Part shown: piece by piece, positions 1-11,817 of the stretch
Position numbering within the stretch: the first letter of the stretch is position 1
Layout: the number at the start of each line of letters is the position of its first letter
DNA from: Callorhinchus milii
Lineage: Eukaryota
Direction: 5' to 3'
Assembly (NCBI RefSeq): GCF_018977255.1
Contig: NW_024704770.1
Coordinates: 1,178,001-1,242,000, forward strand
Length of the DNA: 64,000 nt
The notes under the pieces: model-generated
Told to the model about the DNA's origin: nothing
Databases searched by the model: none
Seen by the model: the letters and a program-made list of their open reading frames with translations, nothing else
Made by a program: the position numbers and the translations under genes

Positions 1-27
1 GTGCCCCCAGGGATTGGTAGTGACCCT

Positions 28-351
28 ATAATAATAATAATAATCCTTGCATTTGATATAGCGCTTTTCACATCGGGAAGACGTCCCAAAGTGCTTCACA
101 GAACACACTGTAAAGTGAATTGACTGTATATTTGTGGGCGAACGCGGCAGCCAATTGCGCACAGCAATGTCCCACAAACAGTCGCAGATTGAAAATGACC
201 AATTTTATTATTGTTTTTGGTTTTGGAGGGATTATTATTAGGCTCTGTGTGGAGTAAGGAAACTTGCCCAAGGTCTCGCCCTCTGCCTGGAATTGAATTC
301 AGGTCTCTCAGTTGCAAAGCGAGTGCTCTAACCACTGAGCTACAGGACTCC
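28..351 (-). mobile_element. tRNA-Ala-derived DeuSINE, young subfamily, full length
   Basis: Reverse complement reads GGAGTCCTGTAGCTCAGTGG (A box), an anticodon arm, a B-box-like segment, Deu-like TGTTTGTGGGACATTGCTGTGCGCAATTGGCTGCCGCG, an L2-type tail and (TTA)n; near-identical to copies at 1448, 11500, 13792 and 32063. Confidence 0.92.
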
Positions 352-364
352 ACGCAAACCCTAA

Positions 365-1253
365 CCCTCTGCTTTTCACCCAATATAACAATAAGCAGAT
401 AAAGGGAGGGGTCTATCTCTAAGTTTGCGGATAGATAGCACTAAGCTAGAAGATGTATTAAATTGTGAAGGGGGCAAGCGAAACGTGCAAAGAGACGTAG
501 ATTAGGTAAGTGGACAGAACTCGTGTCAAACGGAGTTTGACATTGCAAAGTCAGGTAGTTGTATACTTTGATTGGAAGAATAGTGTTTGGGAGTATGTCC
601 TGAATGGCGAAGCACTGGGGCGGGGGGAGTCAAGTCCATAGATCATTAAAATCTAGTTTGTGTGCAGGAAACAGACTTGGACTTCATCAGATTCATTTCT
701 GGGTTGAAAGAGTTTTGTAATGATGAGAGGCTGAGTAGATGGGATTTAGATTCCTTAAATCAGAGATGCTTAAAGGTTTGATTGAAGTATTTAAAATGAT
801 GAATAGAATTAATAGGAATTACTGGACGACTCTTCCCACTGGTAGATGGATCTCTTACATGGGAGCATAGCCTAAATATCAAAAACCAAGAGAGTTAGAA
901 CTGAGGTCAGGGAACTTTCCTTCACATATATAGTTGTGAATATGTGGAATGCTTTGCTCAGAAAACTAGAGGTGGAATCAATAGGGATATTATATAGAGA
1001 GATAAAAAGATACTTGGGTAGTTAAGATGTTTAAAGAGTATGGTGAAAGAATGGGGCATTCGGATTAAAATATTATAATAATCCTTGCATCTGATATAAT
1101 GCCTTATCTAGTTATCAAGACGTTTCAAAGTTTCAAAACAGGATATACTGTAAAGTGGAATGACTGTGTATCTTGATCTGCCAAGATCTAATAAATTTGT
1201 AGACTAGGTTTGATGTGATGAATAGCTGCCTCCTGTTCCTGTTTTCCTATGTT
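365..1253 (+). mobile_element. Old CR1 LINE 3' part (degenerate ORF2 RT/C-terminus and 3'UTR), interrupted by a SINE tail fragment at ~1072-1175
   Basis: TCTAAGTTTGCGGAT (SKFAD motif), a DLIEVFKMM-like segment and TGGAATGCTTTG; many frameshifts. Confidence 0.75.
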
Positions 1254-1447
1254 AAAACTCCACTGTATAATAGTCATACAATACTGCATAATACACTCTA
1301 AAAACATAATAATGGACGTTACACAATTGGATCCCCCTTATAACAAAATACTTAGACTATAAACGGACATGTATTTAGTAAAACTAGCATAAGTTGTATC
1401 AGCCGGGACCATAACATTTAATATGTCTTATGCGAAGTATGAGTTGT

Positions 1448-1774
1448 GGAGTCCTGTAGCTCAGTGGTTAGAGCACTCGCTTTGCAAGTGAGAGACCTGA
1501 GTTCAATTCCAGGCAGAGGGCGAAACCTTGGGCAAGTTTCCTTACTCCACACAGAGCCTAATAACAATCCCTCCAAAACCAAAAACAATAATAAAAATTG
1601 GTCATTTTCAATCCATGACTGTTTGTGGGACATTGCTGTGCACTATTGGCTGCCGCGTTCGCCCACAAATATACAGTCAATTCACTTTACAGTGTGTTCT
1701 GTGAAGCGCTTTGGAATGTCCTCCCGACGTGAAAAGCGCTATATCAAATGCAAGGATTATTATTATTATTATTA
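1448..1774 (+). mobile_element. tRNA-Ala-derived DeuSINE, young subfamily, full length
   Basis: A box TAGCTCAGTGG, anticodon arm CTCGC-TT-TGC-AA-GTGAG, B box GAGTTCAATTCC, Deu domain, tail ...GCGCTATATCAAATGCAAGGA(TTA)n. Confidence 0.93.
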
Positions 1775-1820
1775 TGGCAAACGTGTATAAGTTGTTAACA
1801 CAACAGTAAAGAGGTACCTA

Positions 1821-1970
1821 GTTTTCTGCGCTTGTTTCAGCGGAGTGTTCTGCAGTGGCCATTGCCATTGCAGCCAGTAAGTGTGAATGCGCTGACGGGT
1901 CAAAACTTTGTTTCCTGTGCTTGTTTCAAACGGAACGCTGCTCATGGTTACTTCAGTGCAGCCGGTAAGT
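1821..1970 (+). repeat. Diverged two-copy tandem duplication (~90-bp period), each unit ending in GTAAGT
   Basis: TTTTCTGCGCTTGTTTCAGCGGAG...TGCAGCCAGTAAGT versus TTTCCTGTGCTTGTTTCAAACGGAA...TGCAGCCGGTAAGT. Confidence 0.7.
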
Positions 1971-2307
1971 TCAGTAGCGGTGTTACGCGTTAGGAGATGA
2001 TCTGCGTAGGGTTGTTTGGGACCAAGAAACTGTTATGATTTTGCCGTTTACCCAATTTATAAAGTATGATTAGGGCAAAGAAAAGTAAGTGGTTTTTGGC
2101 AGGAATCGGAATGGGACTCAGGTGCATCGTGTGATATATAAAGAGATGACTCATGCAAGTTTTACTGAATGACAGGCTCCATGGTATGATATACAGTGCG
2201 ATACAAAGGTACAAGATCTTATATACACTGTAACATTCCGCATTTCTGTATATTGCTCACTCCCAGAAGGGTGCTTCTTCTCATGGCTGACCAATAATCC
2301 TTCAGGT

Positions 2308-3888
2308 TCATAGTATCATAGAATCATACAATTGTACAGCACAGAAGGAGGCCATTCGGCCCATCGTGTCTGTGTCGGCTCTTTGAAAAGAGCTTCCAAA
2401 TCAATCCCTCTCCCCATAGCGCTGCAAACTTGTCCTCCCCAAATAATTATCTACTTCTCTCTTAAAAGCTGTTATCGAATCGGCTTCCCCCGGCCTTTCA
2501 GGCAATGCATTCCAGATCCCAACAATTCGCTGTGTAAAAAAAATTTCTCCTCACCTCCTCTCTTTTTTAACAACTATTTTAAATTGGTGTGTTCGGGTTA
2601 CCGACCCGCCCGCCAGTGGAAATAGTTTCTCCTTGTTCACCCTTATTGAATCCCCTCATAATTTTGAAAACTTCTCCTTAACCTTCTCTGCTCCAAGGAG
2701 GATAATCCCGGCTTCTCTCACCTCTCCTGATAATTGAAATCCCGCATTCTTGGTACCATCCTGGTCAATCTCCTTTGCACCTTCTCCAATGCCTTGACTT
2801 CCTTCTTAAAGTGTGGGGCCCAGAACTGAACACAGTCTCGAGCTGAGGCCTAACCAGTGTTTCATAAAGGTTCATCATAACTTCCTGACTTTTGTATTCT
2901 GTGTTCCTATTTATAAGGATTAGTATCCCAAATGCTATTTTAACAGCTTTATCTCCCTGTTCGGCCATTTTCAAAGATTTACTTATATGAACCCCCCGGT
3001 CTCTCTGTTCCTTCACCCCCTTTAAGATTGTACCATCAGCTTATATTGCCTCTCCTCATTCTTCCTCCCAAAATACATTTCGCTATTCTCCACATTAAAC
3101 TTCATCTGCCATGTGTCGGCCCATTTTACCAGTCTGTCTATGTCCATTTGCAGTCTGTTACTATCCTCCTCACTGTTTACTGCTTTTCCAGCTTAGTATC
3201 ATCTGCAAACTTGGAAATTGTACTCCCTATACCCAAGTCCAGGTCATTTATATACAACAACAACAATAAAATTACATTTATAGAGCGCCTTTCATGTCGG
3301 GAGGAAATCCCAAAGCGCTGATCAGTCAGGTGTCGGGGCCCGAGCATGGGGGAGGGGTGGGGTAGGGGTGAGGGAAGGCAGAGAGGTGGGAGGGCGACTG
3401 AAGGCACGATCGAAGAGAAGGGTCTGGAGACCGGCCTTGAAGGAGGCAAAGGAGGAAGTGAGGCGAAGGGACCGTGGGATTGAGTTCCAGAGTGTGGGGG
3501 CAGAGAGGCTGAAAGCCCGGCCACCGATGGTAGGGCAGGTTGGGCGGGAGACAAGGAGCAGACCGGAGCCCACCGAACGGAGGGAGTGGGCAGGTTGGTA
3601 GGGAGTCAGCAGGTCAGAGAGGTAGGAAGGGGCAAGGTCATAGATCAAAAACAGCAGTGGTCCCAATACTGATCCCTGATGGACACTACTGAACGCTTCC
3701 CTCCAGTCGGAAAAACAACTATTTCATCACCACTCTCTGATTTCTGTCTCCCCGCCAGTTCTGTATCTATGCTGCCACTATCCCTTTAATACCGTGTGCT
3801 TACAAGTCTCTTATGTTGCACTTTATTAAACGCCTTTTGAAAATCCATATAAACTACATCAACTGCACTACCTTCATCCACCCTCTCC
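2308..3888 (-). mobile_element. CR1 LINE, 5'-truncated (RT to 3' tail), split by an L2 insertion
   Basis: Minus-strand peptides VYMDFQKAFNKV, GPLLFLIY-INDLDLGIGSTISKFADDTKL and LYETLVRPQLE; (ATTCTATG)-type tail at 2308-2330. Confidence 0.92.
3255..3640 (-). mobile_element. L2 LINE 3' end nested in CR1
   Basis: LAPSYLSDLL...LRS...GGRAFS..APTLWNSIP..LR...SFKAGL.T.LF, the typical L2 ORF2 C-terminus, followed by a (TTG)n tail. Confidence 0.92.
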
Positions 3889-3894
3889 ATGCTT

Positions 3895-4040
3895 AATTGG
3901 TTAATTGGACATTTATCTCATGACTGTTTGCCGGACCTCGCTGGCATATCTGGCTGCTGCATTTGCCTACATAAACAGTCACTACACTTGACAGTAATGA
4001 CTTATGAAGTGTTTTAAAGCGTTATGAAAAGGCAAGTTTT
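3895..4040 (+). mobile_element. Old DeuSINE 3' fragment
   Basis: CTGTTTGCCGGACCTCGCTG...TGGCTGCTGCATTTGCCTACAT, a Deu-like segment. Confidence 0.55.
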
Positions 4041-5189
4041 TTTTTACTTATGAGTGAATGCTTGTAACGCCTCCCTAATAAAATCCATTCAGAATGAGTT
4101 TACACATTTTGGCATTGGGAAAATGAATGAACCAAAATTTGAACTGGAATGACCATTAATCTTTGCTCCTTTTGTGAGGTGACAAAATAGTGGAAGTGGT
4201 TTCACACTGGGGAGATATCACACCAATCTGGGTCTCTAAATTACACTGAGAGAAGCTGCTTGGTTCAATTAATTAATCAATTAGGATAGGTTTGCCTCAT
4301 TATTCTGCAAAGTCTTTCTGACTGGGAATTTACAGCAGTGATTCACATGTCGGAGACGGTGATTGATGAAGAGGAGATAGTGTGCAATTAGTCACTGTCT
4401 GTAGGAATGGACTGGGGCTTCATTTTACCCGTTGTGTTTTGCACAGGACTTGTGACCTACATCAGCTGCCGTAGAGGTAAGAGGCATAAAGGGTACAAAT
4501 TACAGGCTCTCTGGTTATTCAGCTGACAGGTGATACTGTGCGGTGGGTGGAGCTGGGGGTGAGGCCACAACAGATGGATGGCATGAGTGAAGTTGCATCT
4601 GATTCATGGCAACAGTGGAGACTTTCTTCTTGACAATGTAAAACGCTTACAGGTTCTACATTCCCAAAACCTGGGCTGCAAAATTGTGAAGAATGTAAAC
4701 ATAAATGAGAATGAAGTTGAGAAGCGATTACACGACTCTTTCCATTCGCCTTCCTTTAAAGGGTTTTGTTGGTTACTTAGTAGAGGCTGCATGTTGTATG
4801 GTCGTACATAGTATATAAATCATCTGGGTTGATTACCAAATCTTGATCGCTGTACAGTTCTATGATGTATAGCAGGTTGAAGATTATTTGATTTAGACTT
4901 AATTTGATTATTTGCCCCTGTTTTCTGATGTGCTAATTTACTTCTGTGAAAACAGCGAATGAGTGAATTATCAGTTGATGACTAGTTTATTCTGCATTCA
5001 CATGTTTGCAAAACTCACCCAGACATTGAGCACACAATACAAAATACTCTTTCTTGGCATTATTTATGTGGCAGAAATAATGCTCATTTACTTTGGAGAA
5101 TTTGATTCACAAGTAACAAACTCACATCTGCAAAACTCACTGATTCATTATATTCTTTATTATGTTAATTATATTCTTTTGCTTTACAT

Positions 5190-5355
5190 TCCGCCTGGCC
5201 CCTTCCTTCCCCATCTTCAGATCGCTCCAGAAGACATTTGTCTTCGACTGTACCTACGGTCACCTCCCCCTGGCTCGGCGTTGTGCTCCGCCACTGTCAA
5301 GTGCTCTGGGATGCTACACTGCATGAGGGGTGCTGTGTAAATGCAACTTGTTGTC
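5190..5355 (+). mobile_element. L2 3' tail fragment
   Basis: Matches the 3'UTR/tail of the L2 at 51282-51633 (CTACGGTCACCTCCCCC...CCACTGTCAAG.GCTCTGGGA). Confidence 0.7.
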
Positions 5356-7119
5356 TGGACCTTACAGTACAGTATCAATGCTTGGATATGCGTATTATAA
5401 TGTCAACCCTCCTGTGAATCTTCCACGATTTCTGAGGAAGAGATTTCCCAATGCCATACAGTTGCTGAGAGAGTGAACCATTGTGCCGTAGCACTTTGTT
5501 CATTTCATAATTGCCGAACATGCCTGGTAATGTGTAGGTTACTTTTACATGTCGATCACGACGTGTAAGAAGTGGGATTAATTTTGCAGTTTAATTCATT
5601 GTGAGCAAATGCTCACTAGTGACAGTAGCATAAATCTGCAGAGCTCAGTACAGCTAGAATAAGGGTCTTACAACCTTTACTGCCATTAGTGCTACCTTTA
5701 GGAATTTGGAATAGATTTTGCTCCTGATAACAGGTTGGATACCAGTGTACAGAAAATCAATCGTTAGAATTTTGATCCTGATCTAAACTTAAATATGTTT
5801 CTACTAGTGTTAAATTTGTCAAAACATTAATATGGTATATAAGATTGCAGAGCTATCACTTTAAACGCATGCTGGGCATTATCATCAATTCTTACAAACC
5901 ACACCTACAACACCACAGTTGGTGTCATTGTCTGGCTCTCTTTTTTAAAAAAACAGGCGTCAAATGGCAATCACTAACGGCTAGACATTTCTATTTTGTT
6001 AACTTAATCAAATTCCTTCATGTGGACTGGCAGTACACATCTATCTTAAAATAACACAACCAGACCTTACAGAAAACTATTCCTGAAAAATGCTCATTAT
6101 TAATGACTTACATAAAAATGATGAATATTTGCTTTTACCTCAAAAAAAATGTAGCGACTTGCATTTGCTCTAAGGATAATTTTGTATTAGGAAAATAAGC
6201 AATGCCTTACATGATCTTTGTACTGAATTAATATTCATGCTTGCACACATTGGGAGAACACCCTTCTATACTCTGAATTAAAGGGGGTGAAAGACTATCG
6301 CCAGGCTTGATCTGCAGAGCAGCCAGTCTCCCAGATTCAGTCAAACTCTGAACACATATTCATGTATTGTAGCTTTGTTTATCTGTCAGCTCTCAGAATG
6401 GCTCTTTATAAAATCTCCTGATGTGTTCTGGACAAAATAGGGAGAAAACGAGTTTGAACAAATTGCATATCATTCTCATTTTGGCATCACTGGGCGCACA
6501 CAGCTCATTAAAAGACTGCAGATCTTTAATTAATGATATGTAAATATCCTCAAATGGATTAGATTTGCATATCGAGAGAGATTTGAACGCTTTAGGATGT
6601 AATATATTCTAATTAAGGTTTAATTAAAAATGATGGGAATTTCATTTGGCCTCACAGAATTATTTTAAATTTTGATGAACATCAAGTGGAGATTGCAATG
6701 CGAACACATAACCCTCTGTTTTACTGCAGCTTTGATTTTACAAGGTGCCTGCCCTTGCGCAATATTTGTAAAAGTGTAATTATAAATGAAGGATGGAGGA
6801 AGCTAGGCTTTAGCATTCGATTGGGTGATATGTTGTCTTCTTAGTCATGCTTGAAATTTTTAATAGTTTTTAGCCGCTGTGTGATAGCCATGCAGCAATT
6901 ACATTAATGGGATGCTATTAGCCTGTGGTTTTGTCTGAGCTGCTGGGCAGATAAGAGCTGTGATCAGTGAATTAATATTTATCTGTGAATTTGACTCCCA
7001 GATTTTCCTTGTATGCTGTACTTTTCAGCTACATTTGCATGCTAGGAGCTGTTGATCTTTCTGACCTATATGTGTTTGCTGTAGTTTAGAGATAACTTGT
7101 ATTTTCTTTCCTGCTATAT

Positions 7120-7460
7120 TTTCCATTTTCTTCCTTCCTCCTCTCCCGAAGGCCTCTCCTTTTACTCTGTTTCTCCTGGGGTACATGAGTGCCCTTGGGT
7201 GTCATTTCTCAAGTGTGAGCCTTGATAGTAAGGGATCAACAATGGGATTGGGGTAGGAATCACAGCCAAGCTCATTCCTATCACCCAATGCCCACACAGA
7301 TTCAGGAATAGAACGCTGACTGATTTCCCTCCCCCAGTTTCCCCAGCCCAAGGGTTGCTGAGGCCAATTGTAGTCCTGACTGAGATAAGTAACTCATCAG
7401 AACATTCAAACCTGCAACATTTTATGGATTCCTACTAATATGGTACCTTTACTCACAATG
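7120..7460 (-). mobile_element. Ancient tRNA-headed SINE of a second family (AmnSINE2-like by recollection)
   Basis: GAGGCCAATTGTAG and CTGAGATAAGTAACTCA motifs shared with copies at ~25900-26260, 45355-45500 and 47100-47410. Confidence 0.5.
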
Positions 7461-8339
7461 AATGGATTCTGTATTGTGGTTTGTTAATGATCTCAAATTA
7501 CAGTACTTGAAGCCTTCTTACTAAAGTTCAACAATTGAGGCAATGTCTTATCTTTGCACTTACTACCGTGAACATTTTACAGGTTATGTGATCAGGCTCT
7601 ATACATGGAGATAACAACAAAGAAACGAGACTTCTCTCCAGCCCTCCCAACTGAGAATCTATTTTACATTATGCACAAGTGCTTCTTTAAAAATATATGC
7701 AGCACAGCTTGAATTGTCAGTTGAAAAGCTGATCGCTATAGGATCAGTTGCTGCTAGTGATTATTGCTAACCCTTTATCCAGAGTCTCATTCCCAGGCAG
7801 TATGTCATGTAAGAAAGTGCCTCAAAGTCCTTTAATGAAAGATTGGCTGTTCTTAGATATACCAATACCCTCATCATACAGCAAGCTTGTGATTTCCACA
7901 CAGTGAGCTCCCAATCTCAATTATTGTGTTATTGCGGACAGTGGTCGATTCGAGACCGTGCACAGGAAGAGAGAAACTTATAGAAATTATTGTTCTGTTA
8001 AAATAATTCAATTTAACTTTCACTTCCTCAGTGGAAGGGGTGGGGGGGGGGGGGAGGATAGTATAACTGTCTCCTGAGAGCATTGTTTTCTCTTTCCCTG
8101 GAGAGTAAGAAAAAGAGGTGGAATAATACTGAATGTTGCTCAGCTGAGATCTCACATCAGGGTGGGACATGAATGGAGGGTCAACATGGCCAGCAAGCAT
8201 TCTAATGGGTCATGGCAACGTGGAGAGGACTAATGTTCCTTGGACTGTAAAATGATTAACACTATTTGGCTGCGCTCCTTTCATTTCCCCACCAAAAAAC
8301 ATCCAAAGTGACTGGGCTCATCATTGCCAATTTCAACAA

Positions 8340-8760
8340 GTAAAACAACTTGCACTTTGACACTGTCTTTCATGTAAGAAAATGCCTCAAAGTCGTTTAA
8401 TGAGATGGGGGACAGGAGGTGGCTGAAGGGATTCAGTCAACCAAAGACAGGCATTGAAAGCAGAGAAGGAGCGAGTTGGAAGGATTTAGAGAGAAAGTCC
8501 CATAGAGAGTGGGCAAAGTGGCTGAAAGATCAACCATGGAGGGGACATAAAGCAGACTGCAGAGAGTGGGCAATGGAATTAGTACCACATAGATACGGTG
8601 GGCAAGATCATGGGAGCATTTGAAAGAAATAAAAAGCATTTTAAACTCATTCTGCTGGGAAATAGAGAACCAGTGGAACCTGGTCAAGGTAGGGTAATGG
8701 GTTTGTGGAGCCTTGTATGGGAAAGAATGTGGGTGCAGAGATCTGGATGCTGAAATCCGA
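8340..8760 (-). mobile_element. Old L2 3' fragment
   Basis: Minus ORF 8433-8687 contains HW..I.Q..EFKML...FK..HDLA, an L2 C-terminus pattern; CAAGTTGTT tail. Confidence 0.6.
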
Positions 8761-9659
8761 CTGTTTTAGAGTTGAAAAATACTCCTCTGTAGTAGCAATG
8801 GTTCAGAGTAATATGGAACATTCTATATGGATCTGCCCTTGACATTTGTTTAAAGGAACTGAATATCAAGGTTTTGGGCTGGCTGCCACATTTGCCAACA
8901 AAAATAGACACTGCTTTGACACATTTTGAGATGTTTGGGTGGAGCAGTTTTCTTCTCCTAAAGATCTGAAATTGTGGAGACGTTTAATTTTGTCCCCTAA
9001 TTTTTCATAGGAAAGTGGTAAAGTAGTGCTCGCAGGTTGATTATTCTATTTAAGTTTGTGTGGCCATTTCTTCTTCGATTTGGACAGTGACATTTATCAC
9101 ACTTTTCCTATTGTCAAATTGGTCGGCATTTTTTACTTGATGGGGGAGATTTTCCCCATTTGACTTTCTAATCGCTTGGTGTTTTTTTTGTGGGTAATGT
9201 TTCTTCAGATTAGTACTTCTTCTGGCTCACGTTAATATCTTCACCAAACTTCGCTCATCTTCCGTAGTGGGTGAAGTCAGTACAGATAAGCCATATAGAC
9301 CAAAAGTACCTGCTGAAATAGGAGCTCGTAGTTTGGTTCAGTGGGGATAGTAGTTTGCAAGCTACAATTGTCATTAGAGACTCTGATTACAAAGGGGACT
9401 CCTGCTGCAAAGTGCGTGGATATGATTGTTAGGTGAGAATGCTGCATTTTTGAGTTACCTGCATTCACAGTCTGAGATCATGGGATCATAAGTGAAGAAT
9501 GAGAACTTAAGTGAGGCACCAAATATGCCGTGCCTGTAGAACTGTACCTTCAGGAAGGAGGAGGAAAAAGGGCTAAAATGTTCTCGCTTCCACTTGGGAT
9601 TTTTTTTACACAGAATTTCCCAAGAAGGCCATGAATAAAACACTCCCAGGCCTCCTCAA

Positions 9660-9990
9660 TTAATAATAATAATAATAATATAGTAATAATAATCCTTGTA
9701 TTTTATATAATATAATAATCCTTGCATTTGATATAGCACTTTTCACGTCTTCTAGACGTCTCAAAGTGCTTCACAGAATAGTAAAGTGAATTGGCTATAT
9801 ATTTTGTGGGTGAAACGCGGCAGCCAATTGCGCACAGCAGTGTCCCACAAACAGTCATGGATTGAGTGACCAATTTATTATTTAAAAATATTATTTTTGA
9901 AAGGATTATTACCCCTGGAAAAGTGATCCATCCGTTAATCGACTAACAACCGGCTTCCTACTTATTGCTACGTAAACAGGCGTGTGGAGT
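9660..9990 (-). mobile_element. tRNA-Ala DeuSINE, old (long-core) subfamily, head missing, duplicated tail
   Basis: Deu domain, long central segment GATCC...CGACTAACAACC..TTCCTACTTA and two ATAATCCTTG tails. Confidence 0.85.
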
Positions 9991-10925
9991 GAGTTACTCG
10001 TTTCTAGGGAGTACTGGGCTGACACTTGCCCTTTTGCACATGTTTTTGATTTTGTCCCTCCCCTGTGCGCCATTTTCATTTGAGAAGCAACTCAGCTTAT
10101 CTGAGCTGAAATCTGCTCTGGTCTTAGTCTTGCAACTGAATTGGAAAATTGGTGCATTTAGCAATTGTATGTTAAATATCAACTTAAAGTTTAAGAAGCT
10201 CTTCAGTGAAGGAATTGTGCATCTTTCTAGGTACCGTATTGAATTTCAATTGGTAACCTAATTTGATTGAAAAAGTTTGTTGGTACCATAGCAGTATTCA
10301 TCTAGTAATGATTTCTGAAATGTTTCTAATTTAAATGACAGATTTGCCACAGCCTTTGATTCTCAGATCAGATTCTTTTCCATATTATTATCATCAATAA
10401 ACCTGCAGCTGGTGTCAGAAAAATCCAAGGGGACTTGCTCGAAATCTGTAACTGACAAAAGCATACGACTGATTGCTATCATATGGAACATTAATGTATT
10501 CTGCGCTCTGCCTGTTAAACTAGGAGCTGACACAGCTGGAGTGCTTTGTATAACAATTAATAGGGCTCACTCTCTCTCTATTAAACAGAAGAAAAAGCAA
10601 GCCACTTATACTGCTTTTATTAGCTGTTCTTACAGTCAAAGATATCCGCACTGAGGTTCAATTGAAGGGATCATATTTGGTGAACTTGTGAAATTAGAGT
10701 TACTGGGCAATATCAGTTATAAATTGATTCAGAAATCTGTTTTCCATTTCTTGGTGGATAAACATTGTTCTTTAGATTTGCTTTGCCATGAGGAAAAGTG
10801 ACGGGATGGACATCATCCATATGACCTTCCCTGTATTGTATGTAAGCACAATCTCCGCAAAGACTGTTCTTTCTTCCTCCTCTGAGGAGAAACACGTTAG
10901 TCACTTTGCCTCAATATTTTGTGGA

Positions 10926-11192
10926 TAATAATAATAATGCTTCCATTTGATATAGTGCCTCATCACAATTTCAAGACATCTCAAAGCGCTTCACAGAATA
11001 TATAATAAACTGAATTGATTGTATATTTGTGGGCAAAACACGGCAGCCAATTATGCACAGCAGTGTCCCACAAACAGTCAGGGATTGATCGACCAAATTA
11101 TTTATCATTATTTTTAAAGGGATTATTACCCCCGGATAAGTGATCCACCAATCGACTAACGACCAGGTTCCTACTTAGTGCTAGGTAAACAG
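10926..11192 (-). mobile_element. tRNA-Ala DeuSINE, old subfamily, 5'-truncated
   Basis: Same tail, Deu domain and long core as the copy at 9660. Confidence 0.85.
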
Positions 11193-11296
11193 TGATGACG
11201 GCAATTTTTAAAGAGGTGGTAATGGCACAAGGGGACAGGAAGAGGTTTATGATGTCTGTGAGTAGAGGGGCAAGGAACTGGAGCTGGGGGATATGA

Positions 11297-11440
11297 TAAT
11301 ATTATAATAATAATCCTTGCATTTGGTATAGTGCCTTTCACATCGGGAAGATGCCCCAAAGCGCTTCACAGGTTTTAGTGTGAAGTGGAGTGACTGTGTA
11401 TTTGTAACACGCGTGAGCAATGAATGATGTCCACAGTACG
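11297..11440 (-). mobile_element. DeuSINE tail fragment
   Basis: ATAATAATCCTTGCATTTGGTATAG...CCCAAAGCGCTTCACAG. Confidence 0.7.
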
Positions 11441-11499
11441 ACTGCTTAAAACTAAATTTGTGTTACAAAGAAGTGTGTTATAACGGGCCCACATTGTAC

Positions 11500-11817
11500 A
11501 ATAATAATAATCCTCGCATTTGATATAGCGCTTTTCACGTCGGGAGGACGTCCCAAAGCGCTTCACAGAGTACACTGTAAAGTGAATTGACTGTATATTT
11601 GTGGGCAAACGCGGCAGCCAATTGCGCACAGCAATGTCCCACAAACAGTCGTAGATTGAAAATGACCAATTTATTATTGTTTTGGGTTTTGGAGGGATTA
11701 TTATTAGGCTCTGTGTGGAGTAAGGAAACTTGCCCAAGGTTTCGCCCTCTGCCTGGAATTGAACTCAGGTCTCTCACTTGCAAAGCGAGTGCTCTAACCA
11801 CTGAGCCACAGGACTCC
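11500..11817 (-). mobile_element. tRNA-Ala DeuSINE, young subfamily, full length
   Basis: Near-identical to the copy at 13792-14119. Confidence 0.93.

Noticed and set aside
1448-1520. tRNA-Ala(TGC) gene
   Set aside because: D and anticodon arms and A/B boxes are present, but there is no acceptor-stem 3' strand or terminator, and the sequence continues into the SINE body
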